Assembly: GCA_963749495.1 (NCBI GenBank)
Contig: CAVVMW010000004.1
Location: 864,183 to 928,182, forward strand
Origin: an uncultured bacterium
GTDB lineage: Bacteria > Verrucomicrobiota > Verrucomicrobiia > Limisphaerales > UBA8199
Reading direction: 5' to 3'
Length of the DNA: 64,000 nt
The position numbers were made by a program, and so were the translations under genes. A model generated the notes under the pieces. It had not been told where the DNA came from, made no database searches, and saw nothing but the letters and a program-made list of their open reading frames with translations. Shown here in pieces: positions 46,193 through 56,559 of the stretch (the stretch's first letter is position 1; the number at the start of each line of letters is the position of its first letter).

Positions 46193-48949
46193 TCAATCGT
46201 CCTCCGCCTGCACGGCCCAGGCGGGGTAAGGCGCCTGGGGTCCTTTCATGGCGTGCCAGAGGATGTGGTTGAGGAGGTCCTCGGGGCATTGGTCGGGGCG
46301 GGCCAGGGGCAGGCGGGCGGAGGCCCAGGCCTCTTTGCGCAGGAGCGGGTTGGAGATCTTCTTGGGCTCCGGGTTCATTTCGTCCAGGGGCACGTTGTTG
46401 GGGAGGGCCGTGAACGGCGCGAGGTCCGGCACGTTGGTGAAGCAGTCGGACATGGCCGTGGCGGTGGCATCCATCTGGTTCATCGGTGGCAGGCCCAGGA
46501 TAAGTTCGATGGTCCGCACCAGGCTGGTCTGGTTGTATTGGGTGCTCACGACGGCATGGCGGCGGGTGTAGGGGCTGATGACATAAGCGGTGGTCCGGTA
46601 GCCGCTCAGATGGTCCCAGCCCGCCTGGGGGTCATCCTCGATGGCCAGGATGCACGTCTGGGGCCAGAACCGGCTGTGGCTCAGGGCCTCCACCATCCGG
46701 CCCAAGGCCAGGTCGTTGTCGGCCACCTGAGCGCCGGGAGTCGGAGCGTCCTCGCTGGTGCCGCTGGTGTGATCGTTGGGCAGGCACACGATGACCAGGT
46801 CCGGGAAGCGCCCGCTCTGTTCGAACTGCTTGAGTTCCTTGATGAATTGCGCCGCGCGAAAAACGTCCGGCACAGCCAGGTCCCAGCCGACGGTGTTGGT
46901 GGCCAGGTAAGGCCGCAGCGACTCGATGGCCGGCTCGCTGCGGAGGTTGATCGTGTCGGTCCCATCGAGGAATTCGCGGTAATGGTCCAGGAATTTGGGG
47001 TCGCCTTTGCGGGCCGGGTCTTTCCAGGACTTGCGAGTGATGGCGAATTCGCCATAGACGCGCAACGATTTGCCGTGGGCCAGCGCGTTGTCCCAGAGGA
47101 ATCCCTGGGGCGAGTAGGCCAGGGCGTCTATGTCCTTGTCTTCCATGCCGTCGGGGTAGCTGCGTGGGAAGCCGGCGAAAGACTTCTCCATGTAATCGGT
47201 GGCAAAGGCTGAGCCGGCCCACTGGTGTCCGTCGGCGCTGAGGATGCCGGAGCAGTAGGTGTTGTCCAGGAGCGTGAAGTCGCGCGCGAGCCTGTGCTGG
47301 TTGGGGGTGAACCGCTCGCCGAAGGTGCAGAGCGAGGGGTCGCCATTGGCCCCGGGGATGTCGCCCAGGACCTGGTCGTAGGTGCGATTCTCCTTGATGA
47401 AATAGACGACGTGCTTGAAGACGCTGGCCTCGCCGGCGCGCTCGGGCACCGGGCGGGGCGGTTGGCCGGGGCGCGGCGGCAGGGCGGCCTGGGCCAGCCG
47501 CGGGTAACGCATGTCCGCCAGGGCCTGGCGCGTGAGTTTGGCCAGGGCCGCCTTTTCCGGCACGCGCACCAGCGAGAGCGAGCCGTAGTATTGGTGGGAA
47601 TTGTGCTCAGTGTTGCCGGTCTGACGATTTGGACGGCCGAACCCGATGCCCTTGATATTGGCGACGTAGAGGGACTTGCGCGGCGCGTCATAGACGATTG
47701 CCCCGGGGAACCAACCCGTGGGGATGAGCCCTTGCAGCTTCGAGTGGCCCGGGGCAAAGGCGATGACCCCGACGGCGTTTTGGGTCCCATTGCAGACAAA
47801 GAGCGTCCGGCCCGAGGCGTCGAAGGCCAGGGCATTGGGACTGGCGCCGAACAAATCGGCCGGGTTTTGCCGCGCCCAGATGGTCTCGACCACCTGGTCC
47901 CGGCGCGTGTCCAGGACGCTCAGCGTGTCGCTGGCGGCGTTGGCAACCACGAGGTAGCGGCCATTGGGGCTCAAGGCCAGCCCGCTCGAAGTCCAGGCCC
48001 GCCAGGACCTCCCGCACCGCCCGCCCCGCCGCCAAATCAATTACGCTCACCGACCCCTCGCTGGCCACGTAGCGGACCGGGTCCACCCGCACCAGCGTCC
48101 CCTGTCCGGCCGGCCCTGTGACGTTCCCCGGCTCGGGCAGGCGCCCGCCCCAATTGCTCACGTAGGCCTTGGCCCCGGCCAGCACCACGTCGTAGGGCGC
48201 CACACCCGTGTCCCAAACCCGCAACACCCGCCCGGTCGCGGCGTCCAGTTCCGCCAACCGGTTCGAGAGATTCAAAACGACATAAAGCCGCTTGCCGTCC
48301 CGCGACACCGCCAGGCCGGCCGGGATCTCTTCCTTGCGGGCGGCCCCCGCGGCCTGCGGCAGCGGGATCGTGTAAAGCCCGCTCACGCGGTGTGCCGGGC
48401 TGCCCCCAAAGACCTTGATGCTCCCGTTGACGTTGGCCAGGTAAATCCGGCTCCGTCCGGCGAAAACGCCAGGCCCGTAAAGCTCACCTGCCCTTCCTCG
48501 TCCGGTTTCAGGATGTGCGTCGAGACGGCGCCGGGCGCAGGCTCACGGGCGCCCTCGGCCGGCAAGGCCACGTGCTGGAGCACTCGAGCGCCCGCCGGAT
48601 CGACGACGACCAACTCGTGGGTCTTGCCGGCGACGGCCAGAATCTCACCGTCCGGGCTGAGCGCCAGGGCCTGGGGACGCAGTCGCGGCAAATCCAGGCT
48701 GGTCCCCGATGGGTGGATGACCTGGTTGACCGGTGTCACCAGGACCGCGCTCTTGCCGGCGCGTCCGACTGGTTGCAAGTCGGCCGCCTCGGGAGGGTCG
48801 CCCGAACCCCCAAGGACCGGGCCGGCCAGGGCCAGCAGGCAGCCTGAAACGCGAAACGTGAAACGTGAAACGTGAAACGTGAAACGTGAAACGTGAGGCG
48901 TGAGGCGTGAAACACTGGTTCCTGCGCGCGTAACAAATTGTGTTTGCAT
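46193..48949 (-). CDS. YncE/YVTN beta-propeller + alkaline phosphatase/phosphoesterase-family protein (apparent frameshifts ~48445 and ~47990)
   Basis: LALSPDG repeats; HVVYFIKENRTYDQVLGD, SADGHQW, LPNDHT and EDDPQAGWDH motifs. Confidence 0.9.
48846..48912. repeat. (GTGAAAC)n heptamer array inside the signal-peptide coding region
   Basis: Translated VSRLTPHVSRFTFHVSRFTFRVS. Confidence 0.9.
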
Positions 48950-49074
48950 CGGCTGTGAAACTACAATCGGGGAATATCCTGTGGCCGCTATCGAGTGTCG
49001 AGTGTCGAATGTCCGACATTTGCGCAACGGGCGCGTCTCACCGTTGTCGGCCTTCGGCAAGCCAGGTAACTGGG

Positions 49075-49280
49075 GCGCGGCGTCGGGAAGCCCGCAAGGT
49101 TTTGGACTGCGCCAGTCCTCTGGCGCTTTCGCGTCCCCAGGGTCCGAAAAGCGGCAGAGGACTGCCGCAGTCCAAAACGCTTCGCGCACTCGGCACCGAT
49201 CCCCACACTGCGCCCGCTCTCACGGTTCAGGGTTCAGGGTTCAGGGTTCATGCTTCACGTTTCACGTTTCACGTTTCACG
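49075..49280. repeat. REP family C copy followed by (GGGTTCA)n and (TTTCACG)n arrays
   Basis: Seen directly. Confidence 0.88.
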
Positions 49281-49337
49281 CGGCACATGCCGCTTGACGC
49301 TCCCTTTCCCTACTCGCACCATGTCCTTAGATCAACT

Positions 49338-50261
49338 ATGCGATCCACCGTGCTCATCGCAGTTCTGTGCCTGACGGCCCTGTCGTGGGCCGGTGCTGCG
49401 CAGGGGCCGGCGGCGCAGCCGGCAGAGTCCGGACTCCAAATACGATTAGTGGAGGCTCTTCGGGTCCCTCACGTCAACGTTCGCTACCAGACGGTCAAGC
49501 ATTTGCCCAAAGCCGATTATGAAGGCTGGCAGATGTCGGCGGACGGTCTGTTCGGAGAGACGATGTCCGAGCTCCCCAAGGACCCGGGCGCCGGCCTGCT
49601 CGAACTGCTCCTGGTGGCCACGAACACCGGCCAGCACGAGGTGAAACTCGAGTTCACAAAACCGAAGCTCGAGCTGTTGACCCGCGAAGCCCTTATGCCC
49701 TGGGAATGGCTCTTCCCCGGCATCTACGACGGTTACGAGGACCTCGCGCGGGTCCTGTCTCTCTCCGGCAAGCCTCCGGAGGAAGGCTCGGCTTTTGTCC
49801 AGTTGTCTTGTGAAGGAGACTGTTACTGTCCCTTGAAGGGGGGCCGGCAAACCTGGCTGGCCCTCATTTACCCCCTGCCCAGAAACGTGAAGGAGGCAAA
49901 CCTGTTCGTTGGAACTTCCAACGCCATCCCGGTGAAGATCCCTCAGCCCGGCCCCTCGGAGTTGTCGGCCTGGGCAACCAATGCGGCCGCGCTCCCTCTT
50001 CTGACGGCCCGCGAAGCCGTGACCAATGAATTGAGGCGGTGGCTGGCCGAGCGGGCGAGGTTGGCGGCGCGGTCCAACGAACTAGCGGTGCTCCGCGAGG
50101 AAGTCCAAAAGATGAGGGATGAATTAGGGGTGCAGAGCCGCCTGGACATGATCCGTCTAGGGCTTTCCGGGTTGTCCAGTACCAACAGCGCCCGCCCGGC
50201 TGTGCCGCCCGCGCCCGCCCCACCAGCCCCCGCAACGAACCCGCCTGTCCAAAAGCCGTAG
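49338..50261 (+). CDS. Hypothetical secreted protein
   Basis: Signal peptide MRSTVLIAVLCLTALSWAGA; C-terminal coiled coil and Pro-rich tail. Confidence 0.75.
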   Translation: MRSTVLIAVLCLTALSWAGAAQGPAAQPAESGLQIRLVEALRVPHVNVRYQTVKHLPKADYEGWQMSADGLFGETMSELPKDPGAGLLELLLVATNTGQHEVKLEFTKPKLELLTREALMPWEWLFPGIYDGYEDLARVLSLSGKPPEEGSAFVQLSCEGDCYCPLKGGRQTWLALIYPLPRNVKEANLFVGTSNAIPVKIPQPGPSELSAWATNAAALPLLTAREAVTNELRRWLAERARLAARSNELAVLREEVQKMRDELGVQSRLDMIRLGLSGLSSTNSARPAVPPAPAPPAPATNPPVQKP

Positions 50262-50265
50262 GAAC

Positions 50266-50508
50266 CGAGACGCGGAGACGCGGAGACGCGGAGAGACCCC
50301 ATCGGCTATTGACAATTGGCTATTGGCTATCGCAACGCGGAGACGCGGAAACGCGCCTTTGTCGAAACCTTTGTCGAAACCTTTGTCGAAACCTTTGTCG
50401 AAACCTTTGTCGAAACCTTTGTCGAAACCTTTGTCGAAACCTTCGTCGCAACCTTTGTCGAATCGGCGATTCTTCGACAAAGGTCGCGACAAAGGTTGCG
50501 ACAAAGGC
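50266..50508. repeat. (ACGCGGAG)n, (GCTATTG)n and 12-mer (ACCTTTGTCGAA)n ... (CGACAAAGG) inverted array
   Basis: About 9 tandem 12-mers without spacers, then about 3 inverted units. Confidence 0.92.
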
Positions 50509-50520
50509 ACGGAATCCGAG

Positions 50521-52154
50521 CTACGGCGCGCGCGGGCCGCTCGATTCGATCCTTCGGATGGCGTCCTCGGCCGTGCGGCGAACGTCCTGGTTTGGATCGG
50601 AGGCCATTTTGCGCAGGGTGGGCAGGGCAGGCTCGGGGTTGAGGCCCCGGCAGGCAAGAAAAATCTCCAGCGTCTGCAGTCGAGCGACCGGGTCCGGGTC
50701 ATCGAGGGCCTTGATCAGAAGCGTCATGGTGTTCCCATGGTACCAGCCCGATCGCGCGAGACGCGACAGGATCTGCCCTCGGAATTGGGCGTCTGCCTGC
50801 TCGATCCCGGCGGCCAGGATAGGCCGGACCTCCGCGAGCCTGCCGTCGATCCGGACCCGGGCAACTGCCGCTTCGAGCCACAGCGGGCTCGCCCGGTCCC
50901 GGTATTCCCGGACGAGCAGTGGGACGGCCTCGAGCGCCGGCGGGCCGATGTCGCCGAGGCTCAGGATGACCTCGCAATGCAAGCCGCCAAGGCCCGGAAC
51001 AAGACCTGCTGGAAATCCTTGACCTACGCCGTACCTGGTGCTGAAGAGTCCATACCTGCCGGTGAAGAGGCCCGCCACCCACTCGGCGGCTGTAGGGACC
51101 GGCGCGGGCTTGAAGGCCGACGTGCTGGGGGGCGGTGGGGCGGCCGGGATCCTGAGATTGCGGTAAGGGTAGCGAACATTGGGATTTCGTGGACCCTCCA
51201 AGGCACTCGGCCGCACGAAGGCGGCGTAGGCCTGGAACCGTTCCCGTTGCGGACCCTCCGGAGCGTCTTCCCATTCCTTTTCGGTTGCGCGAAACAATTC
51301 CAGGAGTTTGGGCAGCGCCTCCGCGGCCATGGGGCCGAGCCCGCGCAGCGCCGGGCAGGCCCGGCACCGGATTCCGTAATCCTCGTCATCCAGCAACTCG
51401 AGCAGCGCGGCCAGCTTCCCTTTCCGGTCCGGATAACTCTCAACCACCAGGTCAACCAGGCGGAGCGTGTCTTGCGGCCGGAGGAGTTGCCGGATCGACT
51501 CGAAGAGGGGCAGCGCCTCCGGCGTGCGGCCGATCAACTTAGAACGCGGTCTCGGCGGGCGAGTCGAATGCCCCGGGGAAAGCCATGTGCTCGAGGAGCG
51601 CCGCGACAACCTCCGGGTCTTGCGGGGCTATTGCCACCAGGGCCGTGGCGACCGAGTCGCGCATCATCATCGAGCTGGTTGGTTGGGCTCCGATACGCCG
51701 GGTCGCGGAGGATTGCGATGAGGGCGGTCTTTGCCGCGTTTGCCGGGGGCCCGATTGCCCCAAGGGCGTGGACGGCGGCAACGCGGACCCAGCCGACGGG
51801 GTCATCGAGTGCCGTGATCAGGAACGGCGTGGCCTTGGCAGCCTTGGGGCCGTACTGGGCCAGGAGCAAGCAGGCCTCGTGCCGGGTTTCGCGGGCCAGG
51901 GCCGGCCGCAAGGACCGGCAATGGTCCCGGACAGCCGCCGGCAACCGGTTCCAGAATGCCACCTCGAACTGGTTGAGCCTCGAGTCCTTTTTCTGCAAGG
52001 CCCGGATCAAGGTCGAGACTGATGGAAGACGCTCCGGGTAGGGGGCGCGAAACGGGTCCAGCCAGAACAACAGGAGCAGCAGGAGCAGAACCGCGCACAG
52101 GCCAACCAGCCGGGGCCTTGTCCGCAAGCGCCTGATGGTTTGGTTGGCAGTCAC
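50521..52154 (-). CDS. HEAT-repeat protein with N-terminal TM (apparent frameshifts ~51660 and ~51560)
   Basis: LITALDDPVGWVRVAAVHALGAIG, LLDDEDYGIRCRAC and ALDDPDPVARL across three frames. Confidence 0.8.
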
Positions 52155-52254
52155 CAGTCGGGAGTTTGTAATCAGTCCCGGCCGGTCCGACAATCTTAAA
52201 TTCATAGCGAGTGCCGGCTCGACACGGCGCCTGGCCGCCCTTATGATGATGCGT

Positions 52255-52842
52255 ATGACAGTGATTGCCAAACCAGAAGCTCAGAAGAAAATCTGGACCG
52301 AGGAGGAATTGCAATCGCTTCCCGACAACGGCTTCATGTACGAGGTCGTGGATGGCGAGCTGGTTATGAGCCCTAAAAACAAGTTCGATCATGAGAACAT
52401 CTGCGCTGCGTTGCTGACCGCCATGAGGACCTTTGTCAAAGCTCAAAAGCTGGGAGTGGTCCTGGGCTCCAGCGCCGGTTACTGGATGTTCAACCGCAAC
52501 TGCCGCGCGCCGGACATCTCGTTCATTCCCAAAGAACGGCTGCTCAGGCTGGGGTTCAGCCCTCGATCCCGCAAGTTTTTCCCCGGGGCGCCTGACCTCG
52601 CCGTCGAAGTCCTCTCGCCCAGCAACACGCGCGCGGAGATTGACGCGCGTTTGCGCGATTTCTTTGCCAGCGGCACCCAAATCACCTGGATCATCGATCC
52701 CGATACCGAGAGCGCGGAGGTTTGCCATTCCCTGACCCAACGCACTTTGATTGGCCCCGGAGGCGAACTGGACGGCGAACACCTGCTGCCGGGCTTCCAC
52801 TACCCGATCGCGGACCTGTTCAAAGAATGGGATTGGGATTAA
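52255..52842 (+). CDS. Uma2/DUF820 family putative endonuclease
   Basis: YEVVDGELVMSP, RAPDISF, APDLAVEVLSPSN and WIIDP motifs. Confidence 0.93.
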   Translation: MTVIAKPEAQKKIWTEEELQSLPDNGFMYEVVDGELVMSPKNKFDHENICAALLTAMRTFVKAQKLGVVLGSSAGYWMFNRNCRAPDISFIPKERLLRLGFSPRSRKFFPGAPDLAVEVLSPSNTRAEIDARLRDFFASGTQITWIIDPDTESAEVCHSLTQRTLIGPGGELDGEHLLPGFHYPIADLFKEWDWD

Positions 52843-52896
52843 GGCAGCGCCCCTTCCACCCGCCCGAGTACCCGGGCGATGCCCTCCGTTAATCCC

Positions 52897-52962
52897 GGTT
52901 CAGGGGTCAGGGTTCAGGGTTCAGGGTTGAGGGTTCGCGTTTCACGTTTCACGTTTCACGTT
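52897..52962. repeat. (GGGTTCA)n + (TTTCACG)n arrays containing the epimerase stop codon
   Basis: Seen directly. Confidence 0.85.
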
Positions 52963-54010
52963 CCACCCCCTCTTGCACCCACCGGAGCATCCGGGCGATG
53001 CCCTCCTCTTTGGAGAGGGCGGGGGACCAGCCCAGGACGCGGCCGGCCTTGCGGATGTCCGCGATGAAGACCTTCTGATCGCTTTGGCGCGGCGGGTTTT
53101 TGGCAAACGACAAGGTGATGCCGGTGAGGCGGCCCAACAGCTCGAACAATTCGAGCAACGAGAGGCTGTTGGCATGACCGCCGCCGATGTTGAAGATCTG
53201 GCCGGCGACCTGCTCGCGGCGCTCGTAAGCGGCGGCGTAGAGGCGGACCAGGTCATCGCCGTGGAGGACGTCGCGGACTTGCTTGCCGTTGCCGGCGATG
53301 GTGAAGGGGTCGGGCGTTTGGCCGGCGTGGAGGGCTTGCTGCTGGCGGACGGCCTGGAGGCAGAACCAGCCGATCCAGCCCTGGTCGAACGTGGCGAACT
53401 GGCGCCCGCCGTAGATCGAGGAGTGCCGGAAGACGACGGTCTTGAGGCCGAAGTTCCGATGCCAGTCACGGACGTATTGGTCGGCGGCGCCCTTGGAGCA
53501 GCCGTAAGGGCTGGCGAAATCCAGCGGTGTGGATTCGTCGAAGCCTTCGGGGCAACCCGGCGCGACATAGCGGGTGGGGGTCTCTTCGAAACGAACCCAA
53601 TCGAGGTCACCATAGACCTTGTTAGTCGAACTGTAGGCGACCAGGGCATCCGGGCTGAGCCGGCGGACGGCCTCCAGGACGTTGAACGTGCCCAGGACGT
53701 TGGTGAGCAGGTCGCGGCGGGGGTCCTCGATCGAGGTGGTCATGGCGACCTGTCCCGCCAGGTGGCAGACGAAATCAAAGGGGCCGTGCTGGCGGAAGGC
53801 CTGCGCCACTGCCGCATCATCGGCCAGGTCCTGCTTCAAAAAGCTCAACTGGCCCTGGCCCGCCCGCCCGCGAAGCCAGTTTAAATTCGCTTCGCCGCCC
53901 TGCCGAAAGAGGGCATCGATGACGGTGACCTGCCAATCCTGCTCGAGGAAGTGAGCGGCCACGTTCGAGCCCAGGAATCCGCAGCCGCCGGTGACCAGGA
54001 GACGTTTCAT
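52949..54010 (-). CDS. rfbE: CDP-paratose 2-epimerase (CDP-tyvelose synthesis)
   Basis: TGGCGFLGSN, HLAGQVAMTTS, SSTNKVYG, SPYGCSKGAADQY and DQGWIGWF motifs. Confidence 0.9.
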   Translation of the reverse strand: MKRLLVTGGCGFLGSNVAAHFLEQDWQVTVIDALFRQGGEANLNWLRGRAGQGQLSFLKQDLADDAAVAQAFRQHGPFDFVCHLAGQVAMTTSIEDPRRDLLTNVLGTFNVLEAVRRLSPDALVAYSSTNKVYGDLDWVRFEETPTRYVAPGCPEGFDESTPLDFASPYGCSKGAADQYVRDWHRNFGLKTVVFRHSSIYGGRQFATFDQGWIGWFCLQAVRQQQALHAGQTPDPFTIAGNGKQVRDVLHGDDLVRLYAAAYERREQVAGQIFNIGGGHANSLSLLELFELLGRLTGITLSFAKNPPRQSDQKVFIADIRKAGRVLGWSPALSKEEGIARMLRWVQEGVERET

Positions 54011-54918
54011 GTGAGTTGCTTCCGTTCCGCCTCGATTGTCCGGGCCAGGCCCTCGGGGAGCGGGACCCGGGGGCGCCAACCGAGCGCGCGCAGGGGGGCG
54101 ATGTCCGCGCGGGTGAGCATCGGCTCGCCGGGACGGCAGGGCAGCGCGCCGAACAGCAACTGGGAGCGGCTGGCGGTCAATTTGTGGATGAGTTCAACCA
54201 ACTCCCGCACGCGGACCGGCTCGCCGCTGCCGATCTCCAATTCGGTGAATAGCCCCTGCGCCACAGGCGCGCCTGCCTGCGCGCCTTGGCCGGGGCCGGT
54301 CTGACGTTCCACCAGCGCGAGCATGGCGCCGACGACGTCGCTCACATAGATGAAATCGCGCCGTTGGTATCCGTCGGTGAGCCGGATTTCGGGCACGTTG
54401 GCCAGGCATTGGGCGATGAGGCCGCTGATGAACTTCGAGGGGTCGTCACCCGGCCCGTAGAAATGCTGGACTTTGAGGTTGAGGACGCGGGTGGGGCCGA
54501 GCGCCCGCCGCAGCCACTGCGCGGCCTGGTGCTTGCTCAGGGCGTAGGCGTTGAGGGCCGGGTCGAGAATGGTGTCCGTGTTCAGGAACCAGGGCACGCC
54601 GCGCGCGGCGGCCAGGTGATAGAGCCGGACGGGCAGGAGAGTGTTGGCCTCGATGAGGTCGGCGGGGAACTCGCCGCGGCGGCCGTAGAGGGCGGCGCAG
54701 TGGAGGAGGGCGTCGGGGATTGTGGGGCCGCGGAACGGGGCATCGAGTTCCTCCGGAGCCAGGTGCCAGCGGACGCGCTCCGCCGCGGCCCCCAGGCGCG
54801 ACAGGTCGCTGGAGCGCCGCCGAAAGGCCTCGACCGCGCACCCGCGCTCGACCAGCGCCCGGCAGACATGGCTGCCCAGAAAACCTGTCGCGCCGGTGAT
54901 AAGGATTCTTTGAGGCAT
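54007..54918 (-). CDS. CDP-paratose/abequose synthase-like NAD-dependent reductase
   Basis: ITGATGFLGS, LYGRRGE, YALSK, HFYGPGDDPSKF and LTDGYQRRDFIY motifs. Confidence 0.85.
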   Translation of the reverse strand: MPQRILITGATGFLGSHVCRALVERGCAVEAFRRRSSDLSRLGAAAERVRWHLAPEELDAPFRGPTIPDALLHCAALYGRRGEFPADLIEANTLLPVRLYHLAAARGVPWFLNTDTILDPALNAYALSKHQAAQWLRRALGPTRVLNLKVQHFYGPGDDPSKFISGLIAQCLANVPEIRLTDGYQRRDFIYVSDVVGAMLALVERQTGPGQGAQAGAPVAQGLFTELEIGSGEPVRVRELVELIHKLTASRSQLLFGALPCRPGEPMLTRADIAPLRALGWRPRVPLPEGLARTIEAERKQLT

Positions 54919-54931
54919 AGGCCGCTAAAAC

Positions 54932-55034
54932 TTTGTCGCAAACTCTGTCGCGGCCTTTGTCGCAGCCTTTGTCGAGACCTTCGTCGGATTGGCCCTTTTT
55001 CGACAAAGGCCCCGACAAAGGCTGCGACAAAGGT
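54932..55034. repeat. 12-mer TTTGTCG / CGACAAAG inverted array
   Basis: Same family as 50358-50508. Confidence 0.85.
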
Positions 55035-55110
55035 CCGGAACCCGAGCTTTTAGGTCAGGCTCTATATAAGAGGACCACATATGTCCATACACCTCCTGTG
55101 GCACGTGCGC

Positions 55111-56559
55111 CTATTTCCGCTTCCCCCGCGCAAATTCCGTCACCGTCTGGATCATATAATCGAGCATGGGCGGCGTGAGGCCGGGGTAGGTGCCGATGAA
55201 GAGGCAGTCGTTCATGATGCGGTCGGCGCCGGCCAGGGCGCCGACGACGCGGAAGGCGGCGGGGTTTCTTTTGCGGAGTTGGGTGAAGGCGGGCTGGCGG
55301 ACGAGGTTGCCGCCGAAGAGCATGCGGTTGCCGATCTTTTTTGAGTCCAGGTGGCGGGCCAGCTCGGTGCGCGTGAAGGGCGCGCCGGGCTTGACGAGCA
55401 TCATAAAGCCGAACCAGGAGCAATCGGTGCGGTGGCCTGAGCCGTCCCAGGAGAAGCCGGTTGGCGACCAACCGGCGGCGTGGGTGGGGAGCATGAAATC
55501 CAAGACGTCTTCGAGCGGCGCCAGCCCGCGGCGCAGGCGTTCCCAGTTGGCCTTTCTGGCCAGGACAAAGAGCGGGAGCTTGTCGAGTTGGGCGCGGCCG
55601 ATGGCGGCTTGGATGTCCAGCGGCTTGAGGTTGTAGCCCAGATGGGAATAGATGTATTTGTGGTCGTAACCCTGGGGCAATTCGCCCTGCTTCCACTCGA
55701 AGCGCCGGCCGCAGGTGTTGTCCTTGCCGCTGGCGCACCAGCAATCCCGGCCCCAGTCCCGGAAACTCTCGACGATGACCCGGAGCTTGAGGTTGTCGCG
55801 GAGATTGACGGCGCCGCCTTCGCCCAGGGTCATGTGGTGGGGCGGGTAGAAGGACTGGGTCGAGAGGTCGCCGAAACTGCCCGTGAACCGCCCGTCGTAA
55901 GCGCAGCCCAGGGCGTCGCAATTGTCCTCGATGAGCCACAAACCGTAGCGGCCGCAGAACTGGGTGACGGCCGCCAGGTTGAAGGGATTGCCCAGCGTGT
56001 GGGCCATGAGGACTGCCTTGGTCCGGCCTTCCACGCGGGCCTCTTCCAACTGCTCGACGCAGCCATTGAGCGTGAGCGGCTCGGCATCAATAAAGACCGG
56101 CACAAAGCCGTTCTGGAGGATGGAGGCCGCGGTCGTAGGGAAACCGGCGGCGACCGTGATGACCTCGTCGCCCGGCTTGAGCCGGCGGGCGCCCAGGCGC
56201 TCGCTGGACAGAGCGGCCATGGCCAGGAGGTTCGCCGAGGACCCGGAGTTGCAGAGCACGCTCGACTTGACGCCCAGGAACCCCGCCAGGCCCTTCTCGA
56301 AGGCCTCACCTTCGGGACCCAGCGTGAGCCAGAAATCGAGCGCGGCCCCGACGGCCGCGGCCACCTCCTGCTCCGTAAAGACCCGCCCCGCGTAGGGCAC
56401 TGCGCTCTGGCCGGGGACAAACTCGGGCCGCTCGACCCCGCCTTGGCCCGCCGCCTCGTAGCCGGGACGGTTGGCCGCGTGCGCCAGCCGCGCGAATTGA
56501 CGGGTCAGCCGCAGGATTTCCTCTTTCAGTTTGGCGGCGTTGGGTTGCACAGGGTTCAT
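55111..56559 (-). CDS. rfbH: CDP-4-keto-6-deoxyglucose 3-dehydratase (E1)
   Basis: NSGSSANLLA, SFYPPHHMTLGEGG (His in place of the PLP Lys), DWGRDCWC...DNTC and YDHKY motifs. Confidence 0.93.
   Translation of the reverse strand: MNPVQPNAAKLKEEILRLTRQFARLAHAANRPGYEAAGQGGVERPEFVPGQSAVPYAGRVFTEQEVAAAVGAALDFWLTLGPEGEAFEKGLAGFLGVKSSVLCNSGSSANLLAMAALSSERLGARRLKPGDEVITVAAGFPTTAASILQNGFVPVFIDAEPLTLNGCVEQLEEARVEGRTKAVLMAHTLGNPFNLAAVTQFCGRYGLWLIEDNCDALGCAYDGRFTGSFGDLSTQSFYPPHHMTLGEGGAVNLRDNLKLRVIVESFRDWGRDCWCASGKDNTCGRRFEWKQGELPQGYDHKYIYSHLGYNLKPLDIQAAIGRAQLDKLPLFVLARKANWERLRRGLAPLEDVLDFMLPTHAAGWSPTGFSWDGSGHRTDCSWFGFMMLVKPGAPFTRTELARHLDSKKIGNRMLFGGNLVRQPAFTQLRKRNPAAFRVVGALAGADRIMNDCLFIGTYPGLTPPMLDYMIQTVTEFARGKRK

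Noticed and set aside
50358..50508. 12-mer array (and the 45-bp tolB array) as a CRISPR array
   Set aside because: The units are contiguous with no unique spacers, and there are no cas genes in the window.
14172..52154. Frameshifts in wzc, sulfotransferase, YncE-phosphoesterase, HEAT and WGINE genes as true pseudogenes or recoding
   Set aside because: Scattered single-base indels in otherwise undecayed genes, without slippery motifs, are best explained by long-read consensus error. Reads are needed to confirm.
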